64,000 nucleotides of DNA, taken from assembly GCA_045645645.1 (NCBI GenBank), contig JAZRJE010000016.1, forward strand, positions 30,153 through 94,152. The letters run 5' to 3'. Source of the stretch: Candidatus Enterousia sp. (GTDB taxonomy: Bacteria; Pseudomonadota; Alphaproteobacteria; Rs-D84). Shown here piece by piece: positions 9,245 through 18,104 of the stretch. Below the pieces are notes generated by a model that saw only the letters and a program-made list of their open reading frames with translations, had not been told where the DNA came from and ran no database searches. Numbering within the stretch: the stretch's first letter is position 1; the number at the start of each line of letters is the position of its first letter. Position numbers and translations under genes: made by a program.

Positions 9245-9279
9245 TAATCCCCAGTTGGTGTTTTCACGACTGGGGATTA
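9245..9279. repeat. 11-bp perfect inverted repeat (stem-loop) between the mini-ORFs and the glycosyltransferase cluster
   Basis: TAATCCCCAGT (9245..9255) pairs with ACTGGGGATTA (9269..9279) across a 13-nt loop. It has the ATCCCC/GGGGAT core of the local terminator family but no flanking T-run. Confidence 0.6.
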
Positions 9280-9313
9280 ATTGTCAGGCAACAACAAAAT
9301 AAAAGGATGTTTT

Positions 9314-10210
9314 ATGAATCTTTCAAGAGCATGGGCAATGACTAAAATAATAATGCTGGGGCATGTTTTTAATTGGCCATGGCGTTCACGTGAACATCGT
9401 CGCGCAGTCAGAAGCGATGTTATTTCAAAAATAATCCCACAATATTTTAAAAGATATTTGCCAGCTGCAGCCGCTGTTGTTGAACGTGAGGTAGAAAATA
9501 ACGATAAAAATGACAAGATTTTTACATTGTGGTTGCAGGGTGAAAAGAATGCGCCACCATTGGTAAAGGCTTGCTTTAGAAATATTCGTAAGAACTGTAA
9601 ACAGGAATTGGTTGTCTTGGATATGGATACAGTATTTGATTATATAACACTGCCAAAAGAAATCGTGGACAAGTATAAACGTGGCAAGATTGCGCATGCA
9701 CACTTTGCAGATATTTGTCGTGTTGAACTGTTATATAATCATGGGGGGTATTGGTTGGATTCAACAGGGTTTGCAACTGCGCCAATCCCAAAGTGGATAA
9801 CAGATCAAGATTTCTTTGTTTATATGGCAGGTCAAACAGTTGGCAGCCCATATAGTTTTATGCAAAACTGCTTCATACGTTCGCGTAAAGGGGCTTATTT
9901 ATTAGATGCATGGCGTGCAATGATTTTAGATTACTGGATGCACGAAAATTCAAATTTTGACTATTTTATGCATCAATTGTTGTTTAAGACGATGGTTGAA
10001 AATGATCCACGTGCAAAAAAATACTTTGCACAAATGCCTCATATTGACCAAGATCCAACACATGCATTATGGTGGGCGTATCATGATAAACCTTTTGATA
10101 AAAAAACGTTCGATGATGTGACGTCGGGGGCGTTCTTTCAAAAAACAACATATCACCAAGCGAAAAATCCAATTCCTGGCTCGTTCGCTGATGAAATGAT
10201 TAAAATGTAA
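9314..10210 (+). CDS. Capsular-polysaccharide-synthesis-type glycosyltransferase (Caps_synth/GT32-like)
   Basis: IFTLWLQGEKNAPPLVKACFRNI...HFADICRVELLYNHGGYWLDSTGF matches the WxQG..aP.iV..C and sD..R..LL...GG.W.D pattern. ATG 9314 with SD AAGGA is preferred over TTG 9281. Confidence 0.6.
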   Translation: MNLSRAWAMTKIIMLGHVFNWPWRSREHRRAVRSDVISKIIPQYFKRYLPAAAAVVEREVENNDKNDKIFTLWLQGEKNAPPLVKACFRNIRKNCKQELVVLDMDTVFDYITLPKEIVDKYKRGKIAHAHFADICRVELLYNHGGYWLDSTGFATAPIPKWITDQDFFVYMAGQTVGSPYSFMQNCFIRSRKGAYLLDAWRAMILDYWMHENSNFDYFMHQLLFKTMVENDPRAKKYFAQMPHIDQDPTHALWWAYHDKPFDKKTFDDVTSGAFFQKTTYHQAKNPIPGSFADEMIKM

Positions 10211-10219
10211 GGATTTATA

Positions 10220-11236
10220 ATGCCAGCAATTTCTATTATTATTCCAGTATACAATGTTGAAAAATATTTGCGCAGATGTTTAGACAGTGTCTTGAATCAG
10301 ACTTTCCAGGATTGGCAGGCAATCTGTGTTAATGATGGTAGTCCAGATAACAGCGCTGATATCTTAGATGAATATGCAAAAAAAGATTCCCGATTTGTTG
10401 TTGTAACCAAGAAAAATGGTGGGCTGTCGGACGCACGTAATGCGGCAATTCCGTATGTTAAGGGCGATTATATCATGTATCTGGATAGTGATGATTTTAT
10501 TCATCCACAAACAATGGAAATTGCTTATTCATTGGCGATGCGTGATGGGTCCGATATTGTGTCGTTTACATATGACAGAATTTATCGCCCGCAATTGATG
10601 GTGCGTCATGTGTTAAAGATGGATACAGATAATGTTGTGCCGATGCGTATGCATAAAAAATACAATATTGCCAAAATTAAAACACGTGTGACAGATGATG
10701 TGTTTGAATATGCAACCGAACGGACACATAATAAATTTAATCCAAAACGCAAATGGCTGATTAAGCATTGCCAGGTTTGGAAAAATTTATACAAACGTGA
10801 ACTGATTGAAGACATTCCTTTTATTAAGGGTTTGTTGTTTGAAGACTTCCCTTGGTGGAGTAGGGTTATGTTGCGTAATCCACGTGTAACGATTGCGCCG
10901 TTACCGTTGTATTTTTATATACCTAATTTTGGCGGTATCGTATTAAGTGCAAAGCAGTTACGTATTATGCAAAGTTTATGTCAAGGAATTGCAGATGCGT
11001 ATAGGGCTTATGCGGAATATGCAACAGATTATCAGATGCAAAAATGGAATGCTAATTTTAAGTGGTATTTTATACGTTGGGCATTCAAAAAAATAAAATA
11101 TTTGTCGTCAGATGAAGACTTGGCGGCGGCACGCAAATGCTTTGCTGATTTAGAGCAGCAGGGGGCACTGTCAAATCCGCCGTATAAGTGGGCGACAAAA
11201 ACGCGCAATGAAATTATTAAGTTTATAGGAAAGTAA
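10220..11236 (+). CDS. Family 2 glycosyltransferase
   Basis: ISIIIPVYNVEKYLRRCLDSVLNQTFQDWQAICVNDGSPDNS...NGGLSDARNAAI...YLDSDD is the classic GT2 (GT-A, DxD) N-terminal domain. Confidence 0.85.
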   Translation: MPAISIIIPVYNVEKYLRRCLDSVLNQTFQDWQAICVNDGSPDNSADILDEYAKKDSRFVVVTKKNGGLSDARNAAIPYVKGDYIMYLDSDDFIHPQTMEIAYSLAMRDGSDIVSFTYDRIYRPQLMVRHVLKMDTDNVVPMRMHKKYNIAKIKTRVTDDVFEYATERTHNKFNPKRKWLIKHCQVWKNLYKRELIEDIPFIKGLLFEDFPWWSRVMLRNPRVTIAPLPLYFYIPNFGGIVLSAKQLRIMQSLCQGIADAYRAYAEYATDYQMQKWNANFKWYFIRWAFKKIKYLSSDEDLAAARKCFADLEQQGALSNPPYKWATKTRNEIIKFIGK

Positions 11237-11240
11237 TAAA

Positions 11241-12395
11241 ATGCATATCAAGAAAAAATTGAAGGTAGTATTTTGTTTGCGTGATATGCAGATGGGTGGG
11301 GTGGAATCTGTCTTGGTTCGTATGTTGGAACAGTTGATACAACAAGATGATTTAGAAATAGCCTTTGTATCTTATGTTAAAATAACTGAACCTGTGTATG
11401 CAGAATGGTTCTTGCAACACCCACAAATTAAGACATTTGTCTTATATCCTTGTTCTTGGCTGGGAACGCGATTAAAGCGATTCTTTTTAATACGCTTTTT
11501 TCAGCATTTGATGCGTGATATTTATCGTGATATGCGTCGATTGCTCTTTCGGCATAAAATATTATCGGATGCGGATGTAGTTGTTGATTTCTATGATTTT
11601 GGCTTTAGAAAAGATTTGCGTCGTGTGAATGCTAAACGTATTGCGTGGTGGCATTCGTCTATAAATAAATTTATGAGCAGAAGTTATATAAAATATGTAA
11701 AAAATTATGATTTATTTGTGACTTTGACTGATGGGTTTGTTGATGAATTTAAATCAAGATGGCCAAAATATAAAAATAAAATTGTGCGTGTGTATAATCC
11801 ATTGAATATTGATGATGTGAATAAAAAAATCGCAGATGCAATCGTTCCAGATTATGGAAAGTATTTTGTGTCTGTTGCACGATTGTCAGCGGATAAAGAT
11901 ATAGAAACTGTTTTACAGGCGTTTGATGTATTTTGGAAAAAAAATAATCATCCAGATGTTCGTATGGTGTTTGTTGGTGGCGGAAATATAAAGAAATATC
12001 GTGAAATGGCTGATAAGCTTGATGCGCATTCTAATATAATCTTTGTTGGTGCACAAAAAAATCCATTTGGTTTTATGCGTGGTGCAATGGCACATATCTT
12101 ATCTAGTCGCAGTGAGGGACTTCCTACTGTGTTGTTAGAGGCAATGGCTGTTGGGACTGTGAATATATCATCTGATTGTAAAAATGGACCGCATGAGATA
12201 TTGATGAAAGGTGAGGCAGGGTTGCTGTTTGCACCAGGGGATAGCGATGCGCTGGCACAGCATATGGAAAATGTATGGAAAAACAAGGTGCCTGTTAATC
12301 AAATGATAAAGGTAGCAACAAAATCTTGCGAAAGATTTAGTGTTGAAAATATTATCCCAAGTGTAGTGGAGCTTTTTAAACGCCGGGGGTCTTAA
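11241..12395 (+). CDS. Family 4 (GT-B, Glycos_transf_1) glycosyltransferase
   Basis: The C-terminal half shows VGRLS-like VARLSADKDIE, VGGGN...KLD.., and SSRSEGLPTVLLEAMAVG (EX7E region). Confidence 0.8.
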   Translation: MHIKKKLKVVFCLRDMQMGGVESVLVRMLEQLIQQDDLEIAFVSYVKITEPVYAEWFLQHPQIKTFVLYPCSWLGTRLKRFFLIRFFQHLMRDIYRDMRRLLFRHKILSDADVVVDFYDFGFRKDLRRVNAKRIAWWHSSINKFMSRSYIKYVKNYDLFVTLTDGFVDEFKSRWPKYKNKIVRVYNPLNIDDVNKKIADAIVPDYGKYFVSVARLSADKDIETVLQAFDVFWKKNNHPDVRMVFVGGGNIKKYREMADKLDAHSNIIFVGAQKNPFGFMRGAMAHILSSRSEGLPTVLLEAMAVGTVNISSDCKNGPHEILMKGEAGLLFAPGDSDALAQHMENVWKNKVPVNQMIKVATKSCERFSVENIIPSVVELFKRRGS

Positions 12396-13218
12396 ATCGT
12401 GTCGGAATTTTTACCACTATTTTAATCCCAAGCATATTTGGCTTGTTCCAGGCGTATGGGGCACGAATATATTGCTGCATTATGCGGGCAATTTTAATCC
12501 ATTTTTCGACGTGGGCAGTGCGATTTGTAACGTCGTTTATTGTGCCGTTACCACGACGTTTAAGGTGGTTTACCCAATCTTCGCCACGTTTGGCGGCCTT
12601 GGCGATTAGCATGTCCATATCGACCGCACCAAAGTGCAAAAGGTATAAATTTTTATCAATATGAAAATTATGATTCTTTACACGATGAAATCCAGAACCC
12701 CAAGAAACAGGTTTGTTTAATACAACGGGTTTTGTGTATCGTGTCGATAATAGGGCGTATCCACGTTGTTCTAAAAATGGTTTTGTTGTGTCTAATGGCT
12801 TTTCTTGGTTCATGTGTTGGCCGACGTCCAACCCAAGACCAGACAGGGTTGTGTCAAATTTTTTATTAGATAAATATTCACGTAAAGACATTTTGCAGTT
12901 TGGATCAACAATCAAGAATTCATCACAATCGCAACCGATTACAATATCATATTCTTTAAATAGTTTTTTTGCTAAATCTGACATTAAGCCAATACGATAT
13001 TTGTCGCCAGCGGCACGTGGCATATCGGTGTGAGGTAGTTTTGTGACATGCGCCACACCAGCGTTTTCAGGAATGTTTTGATCTGTGCCATCTAAATAGA
13101 TATAAAGATTTTCGTAACCAAGTTCTTCGCCATAGTATTTTATCCAACGTGATAAAAAGAAATTATCGTTTCTGGCCATTGTAATGGCAGCAATGCGTTT
13201 TGGTGTTTCCTTTGTCAT
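12376..13218 (-). CDS. Glycosyltransferase, GT2-like (Glyco_tranf_2_4-type)
   Basis: IAAITMARNDNFFLSRWIKYYGEELGYENLYIYLDGTDQ and CDCDEFLIV (DxD-like). It overlaps the convergent GT4 gene by 20 nt and the upstream rgpF-like gene by 4 nt (ATGA). Confidence 0.5.
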   Translation of the reverse strand: MTKETPKRIAAITMARNDNFFLSRWIKYYGEELGYENLYIYLDGTDQNIPENAGVAHVTKLPHTDMPRAAGDKYRIGLMSDLAKKLFKEYDIVIGCDCDEFLIVDPNCKMSLREYLSNKKFDTTLSGLGLDVGQHMNQEKPLDTTKPFLEQRGYALLSTRYTKPVVLNKPVSWGSGFHRVKNHNFHIDKNLYLLHFGAVDMDMLIAKAAKRGEDWVNHLKRRGNGTINDVTNRTAHVEKWIKIARIMQQYIRAPYAWNKPNMLGIKIVVKIPTRFKTPGV

Positions 13219-14060
13219 AGACCATCGTTCCTTAGTTTATGTATGGTATACATTAGATTACGCCACATAATTTTTAATGGATTGTGGGTTAATGTTTTCG
13301 ATATATATTCGTTGCCGTATACACGTTGTGCACAACTTAATATAGTTTGACTGATGTCGGAATCGGTGTGGCTTAGAACGTATAACAGTTGTCGTCCCAA
13401 GGCACCATAATGACGTGAAAATGCTAGTTTTTTAATAAAAGGCATTTTTTGTTTATAAAAATATTTAACACGATTGTATATAGAACGTCTGGGGGCAGAA
13501 TAAAGTGCATCCCACGATAAATTGTTTTCTATCAATTTTTTTGTAAAACCATGTTCATAAAATACGGTGACGCTGCCCTTGTCATCGTGATGACGTACAG
13601 ATTGTAACAAATCATTAAACCATTTAGATGTAAATACAGATGTACGCATACCAATAAACCATGATTGAATGTGTGGTGATGTGTGATGTGGGTTCTTTAC
13701 CATGCCAAATGCATCCAAGTTACCCGATTCCATTTTTTCAAAATATGGTGCTAAGTCAAATAGAGGACCATACATAGAATCGTTTACCATGTAAACAAAA
13801 TCGTATTTTTTTATGTCCAGATTTTGATTTGCCCAGTTGTATGCACGCTTGTATGAACCAAAGTCATATTCTTGGTGGCGTTTGGCAATCGTATGTAGCG
13901 TTAATTTGTTTAGTTTATTTGTTTCTGATGCAGGACAATCTGAATCCATACATACAACAATATCTCCAAATTTTGATAGTGCGGATACGTACATAACTAA
14001 TGCGTTGTCGATAATTCCCGCCTTGTCATAGCCAGCAAAAAGAAATAAACGCTTTGTCAT
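13215..14060 (-). CDS. Rhamnan-synthesis protein F (RgpF)-like glycosyltransferase
   Basis: RLFLFAGYDKAGIIDNALVMYVSALSKFGDIVVCMDSD...YDFGSYKRAY...DFVYMVNDSMYGPLF resembles the RgpF family N-terminal pattern. Confidence 0.55.
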   Translation of the reverse strand: MTKRLFLFAGYDKAGIIDNALVMYVSALSKFGDIVVCMDSDCPASETNKLNKLTLHTIAKRHQEYDFGSYKRAYNWANQNLDIKKYDFVYMVNDSMYGPLFDLAPYFEKMESGNLDAFGMVKNPHHTSPHIQSWFIGMRTSVFTSKWFNDLLQSVRHHDDKGSVTVFYEHGFTKKLIENNLSWDALYSAPRRSIYNRVKYFYKQKMPFIKKLAFSRHYGALGRQLLYVLSHTDSDISQTILSCAQRVYGNEYISKTLTHNPLKIMWRNLMYTIHKLRNDGL

Positions 14061-14115
14061 TTTGTTTATATGTCATATGATATACATAAAATATATAAAA
14101 TGCTATGTTTTTATT

Positions 14116-14141
14116 AAAAATTCCCCAAGTGGGGAATTTTT
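14116..14141 (-). terminator. Intrinsic terminator of serS
   Basis: AAAAATTCCCC, loop AAGT, GGGGAATTTTT. It overlaps the serS stop codon. Confidence 0.7.
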
Positions 14142-15417
14142 AATGTTTGCCACCGATCTTGGTTCGGCCACCCATAAGTGCCTGTAATTTTTTGGGAATA
14201 TTTACAGATCCGTCTGGGTTTTGGTGATTTTCAATTACTGGTACAATAGCGCGTGGCAGGGCAATACCAGTGTTGTTTAATGTTGCACAAAATTGCATTG
14301 TGCCATCAGATGCACGGTAACGTGTATTTGTGCGTCTTGCTTGGAATTGACCGATTGATGAACAAGAACCTAATTCACGATATGCGCCTTCGCTGGGGAA
14401 CCATGCTTCGACGTCATGCATTTTAACTTTATTAAAGCCCATGTCGCCAGTACATGCTTCGATAACGCGATATGGTAATTCTAGGTCTTCCATAACTTCG
14501 CACAGGTTATTCAATAAGTGTTCGTGCATTTCATCAGATTGTTCAGGTGTACAATAGATGTATTGTTCAACCTTGTTAAATTGATGTATGCGCACGATTC
14601 CGCGTGTGTCACGACCAGCTGCACCAGCTTCTTTGCGGAAGCATGGTGAAAAACCAGCATATTTTATTGGCAGGTCTTTTTCATTTAATACTTCGTCTGA
14701 ATGCAAAGAGTTTAATATAATTTCTGCTGTTCCTGCCAGACATCGGTCTGTATCTGTTAACATAAATACATCGTTGTTCATAACAGCAGGGTCGGATCCC
14801 ATAAAATGCCCTGCATTAAAGATTGTTTGTGGTTTGGTAATAGATGGACAGTTTACAAATGTAAAATCTTTTGCAATCAGTTTTTGTAATACATATGTTT
14901 GAATGGCAAGTTCTAATTCGGCTGCTTCGCCAAACAGTGCATATGTTCGTGTGCCACAAATAGCTGCTATTTTTTCAGGTTTCCACCAGCCGTTCATTTC
15001 TAATAAATCCCATTGCGCACGTGGGGTGAAATCAAATTCACGTGGTGTGCCAATACGGCGGACTTCAATGTTGTCTTTATCATCGTTTCCAAATGGAACT
15101 GTGTTTGCTGGAATTTGTGGAACGCGGTGTAATAAATCGTCAAGTTGTGCTTCTTTCTCAGCCAGTTCTGCCATGTCCGCAGCGATTTCATTTGCAATTT
15201 CTTTGCTGCGCGCAATCAAGGGGGCGCGATCAGTCGCAGTCGGAATCTCGCGAGTAATTTTATTTTTTTCTGCTGTTTTATTTTGGGTAATAGTTTTTAA
15301 TTCACGTACGCGTATATCTAAAGCCAAGATTTCATCGGTATAGTCTTGGATTCCTTTGACTTGGCAGGCGTGTTTTACTTTGTCTGCGTTTTCACGAATA
15401 AACTTAATGTCTAACAT
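14140..15417 (-). CDS. serS: Serine--tRNA ligase
   Basis: MLDIKFIRENADKV..., an N-terminal coiled-coil arm, and class II motifs (FRKEAGAAGRDTRGIVRIHQFNKVE; NNTGIALPRAIVPVIENHQNPDGSVNIP). ATG 15417 with SD AAGGGA is preferred over TTG 15450. Confidence 0.95.
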   Translation of the reverse strand: MLDIKFIRENADKVKHACQVKGIQDYTDEILALDIRVRELKTITQNKTAEKNKITREIPTATDRAPLIARSKEIANEIAADMAELAEKEAQLDDLLHRVPQIPANTVPFGNDDKDNIEVRRIGTPREFDFTPRAQWDLLEMNGWWKPEKIAAICGTRTYALFGEAAELELAIQTYVLQKLIAKDFTFVNCPSITKPQTIFNAGHFMGSDPAVMNNDVFMLTDTDRCLAGTAEIILNSLHSDEVLNEKDLPIKYAGFSPCFRKEAGAAGRDTRGIVRIHQFNKVEQYIYCTPEQSDEMHEHLLNNLCEVMEDLELPYRVIEACTGDMGFNKVKMHDVEAWFPSEGAYRELGSCSSIGQFQARRTNTRYRASDGTMQFCATLNNTGIALPRAIVPVIENHQNPDGSVNIPKKLQALMGGRTKIGGKH

Positions 15418-15666
15418 GTTTGTGTCCCTTATGGATTTGTTGTGTTGCAATGTATTGTATGAAATATTAAGAAAAAGTACATAAATAAATTATTCCCCCA
15501 ATGGGGATGAATATGAACTAAAAAAAGTGATTTTTTTTATCATTTCATTATGAATTATAAAAGTTTTTATAAAAAAAATCAACATAATCATATGTGCCGA
15601 ATTTGTTTGCATAGGATTATTTTATTGTGTATGCTTGTGCCATAAATATTGCAAGGAAGGTTTATT

Positions 15667-16569
15667 ATGTATGATGTTATTATTTTAGGGTCTGGACCAG
15701 CAGGGTTGACGGCGGCATTGTATGCAGCACGTGCAAATAAAAAAACTATTGTATTGGGTGGTGATAGACTGGGCGGACAAATGGCAGGAATTGCACAATT
15801 GGAAAATTATCCTGGGTGGGCAGGTTCTGGAATGGCGTTGGCAGAATTTATGAAAAATCAGGCAGAGGCTTTTGGGGCTGAAATAGTGTTTGTGTCTGCC
15901 AAGAATATATCAGGTGATGCAGAAAGTGGTTTTGTAGTTAAGGTAGAAGGTGGTAAAGAATATAATGGACGCAGCGTTATTGTTGCAACAGGAGCATCAC
16001 CACGTAAACTGGAAATAGCTGGCGCTCGTGAATTTATGGGGCGGGGCGTTTCTTATTGTGCGACGTGTGATGGATTCTTTTATAGTGGGCGTAGTGTTAT
16101 TGTGTTGGGGGGTGGAAACAGTGCGCTGAATGATGCGTTGTATTTGGCTGATTTGGCAAAGTCTGTTAAGATTGTGTACAGAAAATCTGAATTTTTTAGA
16201 GCAGAGGCTGTCTTGCGTGAACGGGTCGCGCAACGTGATAATATAGAATGTATATTTAATACTGATTTGGAAAAAATTGAGGCAAAACCAGATTCAGATG
16301 ATGGTGAATTGATTGTTACCACAACAGGTGGTGATAAAATGGTTGTAGATGGTGTATTCGTTGCTATCGGACATGAGGCAAATACTGATTATCTGACCGA
16401 AAATATAAAACGGGATTCTATGGGGCGTTTGGCGCCAGGTGCGTTGCCTGCTGGTATGTTTGTTGCGGGGGATGTACATTCTGGTATAAAAATGCAGATC
16501 GCAACAGCGGTGGGAACAGGGTGTACAGCTGCGATGGATGCTGTTGCGTATTTGAATCAAATGTCGTAA
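15667..16569 (+). CDS. trxB: Thioredoxin-disulfide reductase
   Basis: YDVIILGSGPAGLTAALYAARA (FAD GxGxxG), the redox-active CATCDG motif, and VLGGGNSALNDALYL (NADPH site). SD AAGGAAGG lies upstream of ATG 15667. Confidence 0.9.
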   Translation: MYDVIILGSGPAGLTAALYAARANKKTIVLGGDRLGGQMAGIAQLENYPGWAGSGMALAEFMKNQAEAFGAEIVFVSAKNISGDAESGFVVKVEGGKEYNGRSVIVATGASPRKLEIAGAREFMGRGVSYCATCDGFFYSGRSVIVLGGGNSALNDALYLADLAKSVKIVYRKSEFFRAEAVLRERVAQRDNIECIFNTDLEKIEAKPDSDDGELIVTTTGGDKMVVDGVFVAIGHEANTDYLTENIKRDSMGRLAPGALPAGMFVAGDVHSGIKMQIATAVGTGCTAAMDAVAYLNQMS

Positions 16570-16571
16570 AT

Positions 16572-16596
16572 AAAAATCGGGTGATGCCCGATTTTT
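16572..16596. terminator. Bidirectional intrinsic terminator between convergent trxB and the J-domain gene
   Basis: AAAAATCGGG, loop TGATG, CCCGATTTTT. Confidence 0.7.
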
Positions 16597-17098
16597 ATTT
16601 TTTGCCAAAGTGTTTTTTTAATATTTCGTATGCTGCAGATATACGTGCAAATTCAGTGGCAGCATTTTGTTTGTCTGCTGCTGTGTCTGGATGGTATTTT
16701 TTGGCTAAAGTACGATATTTTATACCAACTTCGCGCCATGTTGCAGATATGCCAAGATCAAATATTTTTAATGCAGATACAACATTAGTTGGCAGTTTGC
16801 TTTTAACAGGAATTTTATCGAACTTTGAACGGCCTGTGATGAAATCGTTTATAAACTTTGCATAATCGTTTGCGTCAGTATTTGCTGTTTGTTTGTCTTT
16901 TAACGGTGTGCCAAATGTTTCACGTTCCCAATCGTCTTCGATTTCGTCAGGTGTCATATCGGCATAGTAATTCCAGTTTTTATTATATTCTGCTGCATGT
17001 TCAGGACAGAAAAACCAATAGTCACGTAATTCACGTGATTTTGGAGCACGACATGTGCCTGCTTTGGTGCAACCAGGTTTATCGCATTTTTTTATCAT
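16595..17098 (-). CDS. J-domain (DnaJ-like) protein with Cys-rich N-terminus
   Basis: C-terminal J domain LGISATWREVGIKYRTLAKKYHPDTAAD (HPD motif). N-terminal CDKPGCTKAGTCRAP...FFCPEHAAEYN. Confidence 0.7.
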   Translation of the reverse strand: MIKKCDKPGCTKAGTCRAPKSRELRDYWFFCPEHAAEYNKNWNYYADMTPDEIEDDWERETFGTPLKDKQTANTDANDYAKFINDFITGRSKFDKIPVKSKLPTNVVSALKIFDLGISATWREVGIKYRTLAKKYHPDTAADKQNAATEFARISAAYEILKKHFGKK

Positions 17099-17102
17099 AA
17101 TT

Positions 17103-17963
17103 TTATTCTTCCTTGGATTGTGATAATGGATGATGTTTTTTGACGGTTTCTTGTAATTGTTCTGGCATTACGTGGGTGTATATTTGCGTTGTTGAAATGT
17201 CTTCGTGACCTAACATTGTTTGTATTGCCCGCAGGTTTGCGCCCCCAGCTAATAAATGTGAAGCAAAAGAGTGACGAAGAACATGGGGTGATACACGACT
17301 TGGATCTATGCCAGATAAAATAGCACATTTTTTTAAAATCTTGAAAAATCCGTCGCGTGTTATGTGACCAGACTTTCCATTGGATGGAAATACGTATTTG
17401 GATTCTGGGTTGTCACGGGTTTTTAGCCATTTGTTTAAAGCGTTTATTGCATCTTTGTGCATGGGGACAATTCTTTCTTTGGCTCCTTTGCCATGAATTA
17501 GTAATTTATCACCAAGTATCGCAGTAATTGGTAGTTCGCAAAGCTCTGAAACACGCAGACCAGAAGCGTAAAGTAGTTCTATCATTGCACGTAAACGTAC
17601 GTTTGTTTTTATGTCGCTTGCGGATGATATTAATAAATCTATTTCTTCCATGGACAAAAACTTTGGAAGTGGACGCGCCTTTTTTGGCAGTTCCAGATTC
17701 GCTGCAGGATTATGGCTAATAATTTTTTCTAGCATTAAAAATTTATAAAAATTTCGTAGCGCTGATGTTTTTCGTGCAATAGAACTTGCTTTGTCTGGCA
17801 GGGCAGATAAATATTTTTGTATAGCAACAGAGTCTGCCTTAATTAATCCGCCAGGAATCAAATTGTTTGCCTGAGTTAAATCAGAATTATATGCAGATAT
17901 TGTTTTCTGACTGCGACCACGTTCGGCAGCTAAGGCTTCTAAAAATATTTCTATATAATTCAT
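17103..17963 (-). CDS. xerD: Site-specific tyrosine recombinase XerD (XerC/D family)
   Basis: FLEALAAERGRSQKTISAYNSDL, ASGLRVSEL (catalytic R), HVLRHSFASHLL (HxxR), LGHEDISTTQIYTHV (catalytic Y). No flanking att-like repeats or phage genes. Confidence 0.8.
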   Translation of the reverse strand: MNYIEIFLEALAAERGRSQKTISAYNSDLTQANNLIPGGLIKADSVAIQKYLSALPDKASSIARKTSALRNFYKFLMLEKIISHNPAANLELPKKARPLPKFLSMEEIDLLISSASDIKTNVRLRAMIELLYASGLRVSELCELPITAILGDKLLIHGKGAKERIVPMHKDAINALNKWLKTRDNPESKYVFPSNGKSGHITRDGFFKILKKCAILSGIDPSRVSPHVLRHSFASHLLAGGANLRAIQTMLGHEDISTTQIYTHVMPEQLQETVKKHHPLSQSKEE

Positions 17964-18094
17964 GGGTAAATGACAATTTCATTCATGTGCTGTGTTGGGG
18001 CAAAAGATATCAGCATTAGTACTAATACAATCAATATAAAAGCCCATATTAAAAATTTGCGAAAATTTGGGTTGTTTTTCCTTTTCAGTGGCAT
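17960..18094 (-). CDS. Small (44 aa) single-TM protein, translationally coupled to xerD (speculative)
   Basis: Manual translation: MPLKRKNNPNFRKFLIWAFILIVLVLMLISFAPTQHMNEIVIYP. SD AAGGTGA lies 4 nt upstream of ATG 18094. Its TGA overlaps the xerD ATG (ATGA). Below the ORF-track cutoff. Confidence 0.4.
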   Translation of the reverse strand: MPLKRKNNPNFRKFLIWAFILIVLVLMLISFAPTQHMNEIVIYP

Positions 18095-18104
18095 AGATTC
18101 ACCT

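Noticed and set aside
16521-16865. 114-aa plus-strand ORF overlapping the trxB end and the J-domain gene
   Set aside because: The minus-strand frame carries a clear J domain with HPD motif, and the plus-strand translation has no recognisable features.
17103-17963. Tyrosine recombinase as a marker of an integrated mobile element
   Set aside because: The sequence pattern and length fit chromosomal XerD. Its neighbours are housekeeping genes (lptF/G-like, J-domain protein, trxB). No phage, IS or att-like direct repeats are nearby.
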